Source of the DNA: the human T2T-CHM13v2.0 reference genome, Homo sapiens
Length of the DNA stretch: 64,000 nt
Reading direction: 5' to 3'
Assembly (NCBI GenBank): GCA_009914755.4
Contig: CP068257.2
Location: forward strand, 30,144,001 to 30,208,000
Position numbers and translations under genes: made by a program. Under the pieces are notes generated by a model. That model saw nothing but the letters and a program-made list of their open reading frames with translations. It searched no databases and had not been told where the DNA came from. Positions 48,678 to 62,345 of this stretch are shown piece after piece (the stretch's first letter is position 1; each line of letters begins with the position of its first letter).

Positions 48678-50098
48678 ATGTTTAAATGGGCAAAAGATTT
48701 GAACAGACAGTTCACCAGAAAGATATACGGATATATGGATAAGCACGTGAGAAGATGCTCAACATCTTTAGTCATTAAGGAAATGCAAATTAAAACCAGT
48801 ATGAGGTACCATTACACACTTATTACAATGGCTAAAATTAAAGAGACCTGTCATGCCAAGTGATGATGTTGTGAAGCAGCTGAAACTCATATGCACTACT
48901 GTGGAAATGTCAAATGGTGCAACTACTTTGGAAAACAGTTTGGCAGTTTCTTAAAAGTTAAAAATATCTCTACCACCAGTCATTCCAGCCTTACACATTT
49001 ACCCAAAAGAGATGAAAGCATGTGTCCATACAAAGACTTGAATATGAATATTAATGTCAGCTGTATTTGTAATAGACCTAAACTGTAAACAACTGAAAGG
49101 TCCATGAACAGATAAATGGATAAACAAATTGTGTATAGTCATACATTAGAATATTACTGCACAATAAAAAGAAAAGGAAAGGAGTATTGAATTGATGCAT
49201 GCAACAACATGGATGAATCTCTAAATAACTATGTAAGTGACAGAAGCCAGCTGAAATAGTACATACTGACTGCTACTAATTTTTATAAAATTCTAGAAAG
49301 GCTAATCTATGTTGACAGAAGGCTCTTTAATGGATTGAGTGGGATGGGATGGAGAGAGAAAAGGAGGCACACAGAAAATTTGGAGGTAATGAATGTATTC
49401 ATTATCCATGATTGCTTCTGGTGCTATTTTCATGTATGGTTACATATGTCAACATGTCAAATTACACACTTTAAATATATACAGTGCATTGTATTATAAC
49501 TCAGTACCATTCTGTTGTTGGGAAATAATCATAGGTACCATAAAAATTTACTTGTAAGGATGGTCATAGCAGAAATATTTATACTAGCATGAAAAAAATC
49601 AGAGCAGATCAAACACCCAATAATAAAAGGATATAAAGTATTTGTCTATCATAAAAATAAGTATTATGTATTTAGATAATATGAGATTTGTGATGAACTT
49701 CTGCGGATACAGGAGAAGGCACACAACATGTTAATGAAGAAAAGCAGGTTATAAAACCTTGAAATGGAATCCCAATTTAACCACCTTCTCCCCCTCACAC
49801 CCACCTGTAGATAAAATTCTTGAAGGAAATGTACTACGTTGTCTATAGGCAGTAATATTATGCGTGGCTCTTATATTCTTATTTGTTCTTTTATCTCCTC
49901 CTATTTTCCAAATCTTTTTTTAAAAAAACACACAATTAACATTTTTACCCAGGAAATAACACTTTTTTTTTTTAAAGACAAAGAATTACCCAGATTGGTG
50001 ACAATATTGACTCAAAACCATCAACTGGATGTTTGCTCCTGTCTACGGCTGGGTTCCTGCTTGTTCATTATGTCTGCCGTAGGTTACATTTTTGGTCA

Positions 50099-50656
<558 letters not shown>

Positions 50657-51338
50657 TTATTTCATATCAAGGTCATATCCTACAAGGTGGCCGTTCTCAC
50701 AGGTTGGAGAGAGGAGTCTCCTGTTGAAGCTATTAGCAGGAACTTCAAGGAAAAGAGAGGAAAGACAGGAGTGTAAGCTGAATAGGTTGGGCTTATATAC
50801 ATATTCAACAGGATATAGGAGGAGCTATGAATATTCATGAAAGGGGGTTGTACACATGCATGACAAGCACACATGTGTTCCAAGTGACCCATGTTCACTT
50901 TGGGGTGGAGACTCAACATTTCCATGTATGACTGTTAGGCCCTGTATGTCAAAAGGTGAAGTGGGCACTCAGTGTGCAGCCTCTGTAAACTGGCTGGAAC
51001 CAGTCCATACACAGCGGTCGTCTTATCAGGAGAAAGTTATTGAAATCTGTCCCTTGTCCACTCAAAGCTGTAGTTACGGCTTGTGGAACAGGGGGTTATT
51101 TAGTCAGCATCTAGAGGAGGATGAGCTGTAATTGTTTTAATATTGCTTATCTAAATAAGCCAGTGCTTATTTAACTGCTAAAGACAAAGAAAAACCTTGT
51201 GGTAGTTAGAACATGCTGTATTCTTTAAGTGGAGGCTATGTGACTTAACCTTGCCTCTCATGGCCTTAGGTTCTGTTTACAAATTGGCATCCCATTGCCA
51301 CAAATAGTCTGTTCTTATGTCTTATCATCTATATTTTA

Positions 51339-51707
<369 letters not shown>

Positions 51708-52601
51708 TCATGAGGCATGTCTGACCTCCCATCCCATCATGGCTAAGAACTCAGTTTTTAAGGTTTCTTGGCCAAAGGGGGATCCATTAAGTTGGTTGGA
51801 AGGCTTAGGATTTTATTTCTGGCTTACAGAATGAAGGGGTTGTTCCTTAACCTTGGGGCCCAAAGTGAAAAGATATACAGAGGCAACCTGAAGACATTCT
51901 GACCCCTGGAGCAAAGCCACAGCTGACCTGCTGCCTTCATGTAACCAAAACGAGAAATTGAGGTTTGATGTGGAAGCCTCTGAGATTTTAGAATTGCTTG
52001 TAATCCAGCAATACATTTTTCTATTATAGATGATAACATCTCATAAGGCATAGCACAGCAGTGTGTTTACTACAAAATCTTGAATCTGGGTTAAGAGCAT
52101 GCCCTAGGTTCCATGCCGTGGGGTAAAGGTGAATGGGTGAATGGGTGAGGACTTAGGGGTGGTGTTAAAAAATTCAGGAAGATGCCTCTAAAAGGCACTA
52201 TTATGGGAGAAGGCAAATATTATGGGAAATGGGGTAGTAGGATGAGAGAATGGGGTGAGATGGTAGAGATGGAAAAAAGCGCATGGGAAAGGCATAATGC
52301 AAACTTGCATGCAGGCCTGGACAAGATGGAGAAAGAGGGGAAGATGCAGAGGAAGGAAGGCCCATGTAGTTCAAGAATAGTGCAGAAATGCTTTTCTCAG
52401 CCACCACTAGTGTCCTTTCTCTTCTTAAAAATGATGCTGGCATTACTTCTTTCTCAAGTGCACTTCTCACCTCATTTCCTTAGCTAGGAAGTGGAAAGTA
52501 CTCCAATGTGGGTTTTGATGAAAGTGTCTGCGGCCCCAGCTGCTGGATGCACCATGCTGCCCGTATTTCTTCCTTTCCAAACAAGGGCTTCCTTTTAGAT
52601 T

Positions 52602-52972
52602 GTGATATGGTTTGGCTGTGTCCCCACCCAAAACTCATCTTGACTTATAGCTCCCATAATTCCCACGTGTTGTGGGAGGGACCCAGTGGGAGGTAATTAA
52701 ATCATGGGGGTGGGTTATTCCCATGCTGTTCTCATGATAGTGAATAAGTCTCTCGAGATCTGATGGTTTTATAAGGGGAAACCTCTTTCACTTGGCTCTC
52801 ATTCTGTCTTGTCTGCTGCCATGTAAGACGTGCCTTTCGCCTTTCACCTTCCACCATGATTGTGAGGCCTCCCCAGTCACATGGAACTGTGAGTCCATTA
52901 AACCTCTTTTTACTTACAGATTACATAGCCTCAGTATGCCTTTATCAGCAGTGTGAAAACAAACTAATACAG
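52602..52972 (+). mobile_element. THE1B-like (ERVL-MaLR) solo LTR
   Basis: tgatatggtttggctgtgtccccacccaaaactcatcttgacttatagctcccataattcccacgtgttgtgggagggacccagtgggaggtaattaaatcatggggg…ctcgagatctgatggttttataagg…cacatggaactgtgagtccattaaacctc…cagcagtgtgaaaacaaactaatacag. Confidence 0.85.
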
Positions 52973-53883
52973 GTTGTCTTGTGTACATGGCTTTTTCTGG
53001 GCACTTGCATTTGAATTTTCCTTTTTTCTTAACCTAGGGGTTTCCAAATCTTGGGTCTACTCTTTCCTCTTCTATGTACATAATTTCTCACAGGGAATAT
53101 ACCAGCATCTTCAGCTTTGTATACAACACCTTTCTTCCTTCCTTGGGGAGAGTGAATAATTTGATGTCATCAACCCAAGACACTTCATTGAACATGGAGA
53201 TGTAGGTGGCAATAATTTAAATTCATACCTAATAACCAGCTTGCCTTTTTTATACTTTAAAGACTTTTTTTCCAAAAGAAAAAAATCTAATTATGCACAA
53301 GAGCAATTCACTCAGAATTAATTCACTAGGAATTAAATTGAAAAAAAAAGGTAAGGATGTTAACAATCCTTTAAAAAATAATTCAAATTAGAAACACTAA
53401 TTATAGGAACTCCTTTATATAACATGAAACACAGTTCTCTGAGGCATGGTGAAGAGGGCTGGCTGTAAAGCAAACTCTCAGAGAACAAAGTTTCTGATTT
53501 ATGGAGGAATTTGTTTGAACAAGGAATGCAATTTCCTTTGAGGAGTTACTGCTCAGATCTGTGATCACTGTCTGATCGTTTCTGGGGAGACCACAGGACA
53601 TAGCATGACCGACATTTTATTCTGGGATCAGAGCCTAAGGGCTCACCATCTTGAACTTAGGAAGTCAGAAAGGAAAGAAGTCAAATGTTTGGGTGGCCCC
53701 TCTAATCACAGCCTTCAGCTTTCTCGCAGAACAGGAGCACGCAGCGGGTGATAAGAGTGAGATTTCTGTCTGGGGGTGTCTCACCCAAAGCTTTTGTTCT
53801 TTGCATTTCAGCAAGTTTTCTTGAGGACAGGCAAGGATTGGGATCTGAGGGCCATTTTTCTGACTCCTTATTAAGGTTTTATT

Positions 53884-54192
<309 letters not shown>

Positions 54193-54318
54193 TCAAACTA
54201 TTGGGTTGTGTCCCAGTTTTTGGATTGTGAAATCAAATTAGCACAACTCAATATGTAATTTTGAAAAACAGAATAGAATAGAAAATGCCAGACTGCATTG
54301 GATACATGCATAAGGAGT

Positions 54319-54708
54319 GCTATGGGCTGAATCATATCCCCACAAATTCATATGTTGGAGTCCTAACCCCCGGTAGCTCAGAATATGACCTTATTTGGAG
54401 ATAGAGTTTTTTAAAGAGGTAATTAAGGTCAAATAAGGTTATTAGGGTGGACCCTATTCCAATATAACTGGTATCTTTATAAGAAAGGGAGATTAAGACA
54501 CAAACGCCCACTGAGGGAAGACCATGTGAGGACACAGGGAGAAGACAACCATCTACAATCCAAGGAAAGAGGCTTCAGAAGGAACCACCCTTGCTGACAC
54601 CTTGATCTTGGACTTCTGGCCTCCAGAACTGTGAGACAATAACTTTCTGTTGTTTGAGCCACCTGGTCTGTGATGCTTTGTTATGGAAGCCTGAGCAAAC
54701 TAATACAA
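54319..54708 (+). mobile_element. MLT1/MST-type (ERVL-MaLR) solo LTR
   Basis: tgctatgggctgaatcatatccccacaaattcatatgttggagtcctaacccccggtagctcagaatatgaccttatttggagatagagtttttaaagaggtaattaaggtcaaataaggttattagggtggaccctattccaatataactggtatctttataagaaagggagattaagacac…ccttgctgacaccttgatcttggacttctggcctccagaactgtgagacaataactttctgttgtttgagccacctggtctgtgatgctttgttatggaagcctgagcaaactaatacaag. Confidence 0.65.
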
Positions 54709-55042
54709 GGGGTAAGTATTATTTTGTGGAAACTTAATTTTGATTTTACATACACACATATACACACACTCATGCACACACACACATTCTTAAGATTTAT
54801 AGCCTAAAATGATTGAAAAATACTGGGTGGGAGTGAGCCCACAATGTTTCCATATTCAGGGAGCAACCAGAGAGATGGTTTGCACTCATCCAGGTGAGGA
54901 CAGTGAAGACAGGAAGTAAACTCTCACCATCAGAGCAAGCAAGGGCTGCCTGTTTATCCCTCAGTAGAAAGAGAAGCCTTGACTTGGCAGAGGGAAATCT
55001 CCTATCCCCGTATGTGAAATTCAGTGTTTCCTGTTTCGCCAG

Positions 55043-55068
55043 GGCCAAAAAAAAAAAAAAAAAAAAAA
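55043..55068. repeat. Orphan poly(A) tract (26 nt) with no adjacent Alu or L1 body
   Basis: …tgtttcgccagggcc(a)26ttgtgtgtt. Confidence 0.9.
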
Positions 55069-55523
55069 TTGTGTGTTAGAGCAACAATCTCTAAATGAAA
55101 ATTATTCATATTGATTTTTAAAAGGGGAGCAACTTATTACACAGTGAATTCCAGTTCCATTTGGAATTCACCCAAGAGCCTAGAAGAAAGCAAGAAAGTT
55201 TACGAGTCAGTGAGCCTAAGTGTCTTAAAATTCATGCCCTGAAGTTCACCTTTATTCGCAGGAAAACTCCTCTGGCTCTCATTCAGTCTCTTTATTCTTA
55301 TTTTAGACCCTAATAGTTTAAAAAGAAGTATTATTTTAAATTTAAAACATGTGAAAAGCTATTGTATTTGTTGGCCAAAATCCGGGGTGGAGTCTTTCCT
55401 TTAATTCCAGTGAATTCTTGGGGATGGGATAAATGTTGTAGGATGTCTGCAGACATAGATTCTTCAAAGAGTCATTTTGCTCTCTCTTTATTTTCATTCA
55501 GAAATTATAATACATCTTTTAGT

Positions 55524-55878
<355 letters not shown>

Positions 55879-57928
55879 CTAAGCAACACAAGAGCCACCA
55901 ACTTGTAGGGGACCCTGAAACTGGGATCTGCTCAGGAGGGGAAAGTGCTGGAACTTTCAGGGCCTCTCTTGGGGCAAATGTGACTGACAGCTACAGCATT
56001 TAATCACATCTCCATGACTAGGCCTGCCCCTTTTTGGTCTTTGGGATAGATTTCTTGCACAGGCTTTGCAAGCCTCTATGTGTTGAATTTCTTGCAGTGC
56101 TGTGGAATTTCTCTCTCTGAACCAGGTATGTGCGGTTCTTATTCCTTAAATACAACATCTGTCTGTGTTAATTTGTTCTTTTGTCCCCCCAGAATGAGAA
56201 GGGGGAATTATAAATGGTGAGGAGAAGTAGCACTAGGCTTTTAAAGGGGAATTTGGCCCAGCGTCTCTCAGAATAAACAACCAGAATTCTAGCATCCTCA
56301 TTCTACCATATTAATTTGACATATTTCACACATACCGAGCAGTCTGATTCCCTAGTTCACAGCAGACTGGAACAGTAAATTGGAAAATCGAGCATGCTGA
56401 CAAGAGCAAAGACAACAGCTACTGGAATAATCAGAAGAGTGACGACCAAAATATTACAGCTAGACTTAACAACCTGAGAAGGCATCTCCTGGGGCCATTT
56501 AGTGCAGGAAGAACCCACCCTGCATACCTCGGTAGCCACTGAGGGCACGATGGTGTTTCAGACCCAATGACACCTTTGAGTAATCAAGAAGGAAAGCCAT
56601 GACGCCACTGAGTAATGCCAAAGACTCTCTACTTGGCCAAACTTCAGTCAGGCTCCTCCAAGTCCTCTTTTCAACTAGGCTTCGGCCTTGGCCACTGTTC
56701 TTGCCAGGCCTGCCTAGCTCAGTTGTAGCAAGAATCCCGCTAAGTCCATTTAGACAGAGTCCCCCTACCCTTGCTATCTTACCACCCTGGGCTGCCTTCA
56801 GCAAGCATCCTGTTAAGTCAGTTTAGAGAGTCCTCATACCCCTGATGTCTCCTCGTAGTAATTTCCCTTCCACTGACCTTCTCCCCTGCTCACTGGCTAT
56901 AAATCCCCAGATGTCTTTGCTATATTTGGTGATGAGCCTAATCTCCTTCCTCTATTGCAGTAGTTTTGACACAAATTGCAATAATCCCAAATAAAGTCTT
57001 CCTTACCATTTTAACAAGTGTCAGAATAATTTTTTTCTTCAGTAGTAATCAAGAACATAAACTCATTGCAGTAGTTTCAATGCAGATGTTTCAGCTATTT
57101 GCTGTCCCAGTTCCAGGAAATTTAGGCACTAGCTCCTGCCCATTTTCCTCAGGATAGCACAAACCTGAAAGAAGAGCTAAGATAATTATTATTTTACTTG
57201 GTTTTTCCAAAGGCAAGGGTGTGTAAGTTGTTGACAAGAGTCCCCAGTTGAACCTAGCCCACACCTGTTTGGCTTGTGTCTTGCTCTTGTGTAGAGCTGT
57301 GTCCCCAGAAGGGATGCCTTTTTTTTAATCTTTGCAGAAGCACTATCAGTTCACCAAAGTGTGCACCTGTTGGGCCCATTCCCCTGCAGGGTTGCATTTA
57401 AACACCAGTTCAAGATGTGTTTTGGAAAAATAGTCAAAACACAAAGGAATGGGTAAGACAGGGCAAAAGATTAATTTGCTCAAACACATTCAGTATCAAA
57501 TCGACTGTAACTAAAAGAACAATAACTATCTGCAAGTTGAGTCATCTACCTGCAGGGCAGTGCTTCTCAAATCTCAGTGTGCATCAGAATCACCTGGAGG
57601 GGCAGATTCCTAGGTTAAACCTCAGCTTTCACTGAATTCAGTTGCACTAGACTGGGGCCCTGGGATCTGTGTTTTAAATAAGTACTTATGTGATTTAGGT
57701 GTTCGAGGCTCTTGGACCACACTTTGGAAATCACTGTCTGGAAAGACTGTGGGATCCACTTAGGGAAAAAAAACCTCTGCTCTTTTGGTCTATGGGAATA
57801 CCCTAGTAGGCAGATTTTGGTTGTCCACCTCTGTGGCTAGAGTTTGGAAGAAGTGATGTGAGCAAAGACAGTACTGCATTGTTATGTGTGATCAAGCAAT
57901 AAGAATCTAGAATTGCTAGAACTTCTTC

Positions 57929-57967
57929 TTCTTCTTCCTCTTCTTCTCCTCCTTCTTCTTTCTTCGA
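57929..57967. repeat. (CTT)n-like microsatellite (tail of adjacent Alu monomer)
   Basis: cttcttcttcttcttcctcttcttctcctccttcttctttcttcg. Confidence 0.8.
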
Positions 57968-58112
57968 CAAGGTCTTGCTCTGCTACCCAGGCTGGAGGCA
58001 GTGGCATGATCATAGCTCATTGCAGCCTTGAACTCCTGGGCTCAAGTGATTCTCCTGCCCCGGTCTCTCTAAGTGTTGGGATTATAGGCATGAGCCATTA
58101 TGCCCAGCCTAG
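57968..58112 (-). mobile_element. Alu monomer (FRAM-like free right arm)
   Basis: acaaggtcttgctctgctacccaggctggaggcagtggcatgatcatagctcattgcagccttgaactcctgggctcaagtgattctcctgccccggtctctctaagtgttgggattataggcatgagccattatgcccagcc is a single-arm Alu. Confidence 0.7.
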
Positions 58113-59139
58113 AAGCTTCTTAAAAGTGGAAGAGGATCTCTCATGAGAGAGGAGGAGCCCAGTGACCTGGTAGGAGGCCAGAGCCAGGGGAAAAGATGGG
58201 CTGAGAAAAGTTCCCAGTGGTGGGAGTAAACAAGAAACTTTTCAGAACTGTGATGTTGCCTATTTAAGTTGTTTGCCATTATAAATCATAATGCCCTTCA
58301 ATGGCCCTCCAATCCCCAGTAAATCTGTTATACAAACTGGTCTTGGACCAGAAGTGGGTGAGGAGGTGATGGGTCTGCGGAGAGGGTGCACAGAGAGGGA
58401 ACTGAGAGCCTTAGTTGGGAGGCAGGAAGGCAGGGAAGCTGGCTGAAGCAAGCCCCAGTCAAAGTGGGGAGCAACACACCCACACCCTCTTTCTCGCCAG
58501 AGGTACTAAAGCAGTGGTGTCTTACCATTTCTGCTCAGGCACCTCTATCAGTAAAGAAAAATTTTGGACATGGACACTATATTCCATTGTATGGAATTGA
58601 TTGATTCTACATTAAGTTTGCTCAATGCAAGGATCATGAGGATGAAGACCTTTATGATGACCCACTTCCACTTGATGAGTAGTAAATATATGTTCTCTTT
58701 CTTTTGATTTCCATAACATTTTCTTTTCTCTAACTTACTTTATTTTAAGAATACAGTGTCTAATACATAGAACATACAAAATTAGTATTAACCAACTGCT
58801 TATTTTATTGGTAAGGCTTTCAGTCAACATAGGCTACTGGTAGTGAAGTTTTTGGGGAGTGAAAGTTATACACAGATTTTAGACTGCACGACGGGGTCAG
58901 CCCTCCTAACCTCCACATTATTCAAGGATGAACCTTATAACTATATAACACATATAATATGCATGCTACTGTACTAATGTATTATTGACATTACAAAAAA
59001 TAGGGTAAAAATAAGAAATCAGTATAAAAGTTCTAATAATGTACTTTTGTACTCCAGTCAACTGAGTTGAGTAGCCATGGAGCACATGGGCTCTACATAG
59101 AAAAGCCTGATCTTATCCTAAGCGAACTAACACAGCCAC

Positions 59140-59412
59140 AGAAAACCAAATACTGCATGTTCTCAGCTATAAGTGGGAGCTAAACATTGAGAACACGTGG
59201 ACACAAAGAAGGGACAACAGACACCGGGGCCTGTTTGAGGGTGGAAAGTGGGAGGAGAGAGAAGATAAAAAAACTACCTGCTTGGTACTATGCGTCTTAC
59301 CAGGTGATGCAATAATCTGTACACAAAACCCCAGTGGTATGCAATTTACCTATACAACAAACCTGCACCTACTAGGCACATGTACCCTGAACCTAAAATA
59401 AAAGTTAAAAAA
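59140..59412 (+). mobile_element. 5'-truncated L1 (L1PB/L1MA-type) 3' end
   Basis: aaatactgcatgttctcagctataagtgggagctaaacattgagaacacgtggacacaaagaagggacaacagacaccggggcctgtttgagggtggaaagtgggaggagagagaagataaaaaaactacctgcttggtactatgcgtcttaccaggtgatgcaataatctgtacacaaaaccccagtggtatgcaatttacctatacaacaaacctgcacctactaggcacatgtaccctgaacctaaaataaaagttaaaaaaa. Confidence 0.75.
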
Positions 59413-59423
59413 ACCATAAACAC

Positions 59424-59450
59424 ATTAATTAATTAATTAATTAATTAAGA
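59424..59450. repeat. (TTAA)n microsatellite, 6-7 units
   Basis: attaattaattaattaattaattaag. Confidence 0.9.
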
Positions 59451-59826
59451 AGAAAATAGGGGAAGGACAGCCCTTACTGTTATATGAATAGGGCCTGTTT
59501 AGTCAGCAGACACTTGGATTACTCAGCTACCCAAACTGAGAAGGGTTCCATGATTAGACTCAATTTTGGGGTCAAACCATGGTGCTTTTTGTGCTTCTCA
59601 AACATTGGTCTGTAGATCTTCTGTCAGAAAGAAAGCCCATGAGAAATATACCTCAATGATAACTAATCATGCTCATGAATTAAAAGGGAGGGAAAAACCC
59701 CAGTAACTTCCTCAGGGCAGCAACCTTAAGACACTCCATTCTTGTAGCTAAGCATTAGCTCGGAGCTCTTGATCAGGAATCCTTGGATTCTCATGAAGAC
59801 AAGAGCAGGACATCAAGAGAGGTGGC

Positions 59827-60209
59827 TGATATGGTTAGGCTTTGTGTTCTATAGGCTTTGTGTTCCCAGCCAAATCTCATCTTGAATTGTAATCCCCAGG
59901 TGTTGAGAGACCCCAGGTGGGAAGTGGCTGGATCATGGAGGTGGCTTCCACGCTGCTGTTCTCGTGATAGTGAGGGAGATCTCAGGAAATGTGATGGTTT
60001 TATAAATGCCAGTTTCCCCTGGGCTCTTCTGTCTTTCCTGCCACCTTGTGAAGAAGTTACTTGCTTCTCCTTTGCCTTCCGCCATGATTGTAAGTTTCCT
60101 GAGGTCTCCCCAGCCATGTGGAACTGTGAGTCAATTAAACCTCTTTTGTTTATAAATTACCCAGTTTCAGATACTATCTCTATAGCAGTGCAAGAATGGA
60201 CTAATACAG
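59827..60209 (+). mobile_element. MSTA-like (ERVL-MaLR) solo LTR with a small internal tandem duplication
   Basis: tgatatggttaggctttgtgttctataggctttgtgttcccagccaaatctcatcttgaattgtaatccccaggtgttgagagaccccaggtgggaagtggctggatcatggaggtgg…ccatgtggaactgtgagtcaattaaacctcttttgtttataaattacccagtttcagatactatctctatagcagtgcaagaatggactaatacag. ggctttgtgttc is duplicated. Confidence 0.75.
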
Positions 60210-60284
60210 TGCCCACACCGAAAGGTTGGAGGTGATACCTTTTACCAGGGCTCTGGGTCCCAGCTTTTGGGGACCTTGCTTTTG

Positions 60285-61810
60285 TTTGTTTGCTTATATT
60301 TATTTTATTGCGGTAAAATATATATAACATAAAATTATCCATTTTAACCATTTTAAAGTGTCGTTAAGTGCACTCACAATGTTGTGCAACTGTTACACTA
60401 TCTATCTGGTTCTAAAACTTTTTCATCACCTTAAACAGAACTTCTTAAACAGAAATACGGAAGTTCTTTTTGTGTCTGGCTTATTTCACTCAGCGTAATG
60501 TTTTCAAGGTTCGATTATGTTGTAGCATGTGTCAGAACTTCATTCCTTTCTTTGGCTCAATAATATTTCATTGTATGAATAAACCATATCGTGTTTATCC
60601 ATTCATCTGTTGATGAACACGGGTTGTTTCTTCTACCTTTTGACTATTATGAATAATGCTGCAATGACCACTGGTGTACACGTATCTGGTTGAGTCACTG
60701 TTGCCACTTCTTTTGGGTAAGGAATGGGATTGCTGTGTCATATGGTAATTCTATGTTTAGTTTTTTGAGGAACCACTAAACTGTTTTCCACAAAGACTGC
60801 ACCATTTTACATCCCTACCAGTAAGTATGAAAGTTCCAGTTTCTTTACCTGCTCTACAATATTTGTTCATTTCAATTTTTAAAAATGGCAGCCATCCTAT
60901 TAGGTGTGAAGTGGTATCTCATTGTGGTTTTAGTGCGCATTTCCCTAATGACTAATGACACTGAGCATCTTTTATGTGCTTATTAACCATTTATGTAACT
61001 TCTTTGGAGAAATGTATATTCAAGTCCTTTGCACGTGTTTTAATTCAGTTGTTTGTCTTTTTGTTGTTGACTTACAGGTTTTCTTTATATAGTCTGGATA
61101 CTAAACCCTTGTGAGATAAGTAATTTGCAAATATTTTCTCCCATTCTGTTGGCTGTCTTTTCACTTTCTTGATAATGTTCTTTGATGAACAAAAGTTTCA
61201 AATTTTGATCAAGTCTAGTTTATTTATATTTTCTTTTGTGGCTTGTGTTTCTGGTGCCATATCTAAGATGCCATTGCCAAATTCAAGGGCTCAGAAATGT
61301 ACCTTTATATTTCCTTTGAGGAGTTTTATTGTTTTAGCTGTTATATTTAGGTCATTGATCTATTTTGAGTTAGCTTTTTTATATGGTGTAAGATAAGGGT
61401 CCAACTTCAATTCATTCTTTTACATGTGAAAATTCAGTTGTCCCAGCACCATCTGTTGAAGAGACTGTTATTTTCCTATTGAATGGTCTTGGCATCCTTG
61501 TCAAAAATCAATTGGCCATATATGCATGGATTTATTTTTGGACTCTTAATTCTTTTCCATTGGTCTATATGTCTACCCTTATGCCAGTACCACATTGCTT
61601 TGATTACTTTTGTTTTAGAAGTAAGTTTTGAAATTGGGACTTGAGCCCTCTGATTTTGTTCTTTTTTTTTTCAAGATTATTTTAGCTATCCAGAGCCCCC
61701 TTGGAATTCCATATAAATGTGAGGATCAGTTTTTCTATTTTTGCAAAACAGTTTGTTGCAATTTTGACAGGGACTGCTTGGAATCTGTAGATCACTTTGG
61801 GTACAACTCT
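60285..61810 (-). mobile_element. Ancient L1 (L1MA/L1MB-type) 3' portion (ORF2 C-terminus plus 3'UTR)
   Basis: The left end tattttattgcggtaaaatatatataacataaaattatccattttaaccattttaaagtg is the reverse complement of the L1M 3' terminus (…cacttaaaaatggttaagatggtaaattttatgttatgtgtattttaccacaat…). Internal …gtggtatctcattgtggttttagtgcgcatttccctaatgactaatgacactgagcatcttttatgtgcttattaaccatttatgtaacttctttggagaaatgtatattcaagtcctttgc… is the reverse complement of the ORF2 C-terminal region. Confidence 0.75.
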
Positions 61811-62247
61811 GTTTTTTTTTTTTTTTTCCTGGACTATTAGAATTATTGGGAAGGCTTCTTACCTGGTTCCAGAGGTGCTAACCTTGAATCTCCTTAGCCA
61901 GGAGGCTTAATAACTTCTCAACACTCTGTACATGGTGAGGTTGGAGCAGGGAAATCAGTCAGAATGTTCATTGCCTATCTTTTCTCCCAGAGCTGGCTGA
62001 ACACAACATTCAAAATACCAACACATCTCTCTTGCATTTGTTCCAGCCTGGAGACCACACTTTAGAACCCACTGTCTTAGTGGGTTGATGAATCAGCATC
62101 CAATTGAGGAACTGAAATTGGACCAGCTGGGTGTTTAGAGGCTCAGTTGGAAAGCAGACACTGAACTAGCTCTTAGATTTCCAGTAAGTTTTCCCCTTTT
62201 GTTAATGTACTTTATCACTTTTGTAGTTAAATATATTTTGCAGCTCA

Positions 62248-62345
62248 TATATATACACACATATATATATGTGTGTGTGTGTATATATATATAGCCTATA
62301 TATACATATATATGTATATATAGGCTATATATATATATAGGCTAG
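62248..62345. repeat. Compound (TA)n/(TG)n/(TATAGGC)-type microsatellite
   Basis: catatatatacacacatatatatatgtgtgtgtgtgtatatatatatagcctatatatacatatatatgtatatataggctatatatatatataggctagg. Confidence 0.85.

Larger units (their letters stand above)
44740..49520 (+). mobile_element. Composite of ancient L1 (L1M/L1PB-type) fragments, including at least three 3'-end pieces, interrupted by two Alus; the L1PA abuts its left edge
   Basis: L1 3'-end-type sequence at about 46040-46690 (…caatggaatagtatttagccataaaaagagtgaacttctgtcatttgcagcagcatggatgaaactggag…ctcactcataaatgggagctaaaaa…) and about 46690-47345 (aactactatatgatccagcaatcctatttctggatatatacccaaaagacataaaaat…). ORF2-like body at 47400-48395 and 48678-49510 (…[56 protein letters not shown]…). 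Confidence 0.6.

Noticed and set aside
59827-59870. 15-bp tandem duplication (ggctttgtgttc…ggctttgtgttc) as a separate feature
   Set aside because: It is a small internal slippage duplication within the MSTA LTR 5' end. It is of no independent significance.
61812-61828. Poly-T run at the right edge of the minus-strand L1 fragment as a second retroelement tail
   Set aside because: No recognisable SINE or LINE body follows it. It is more likely a simple T-run within or adjacent to L1-derived sequence.
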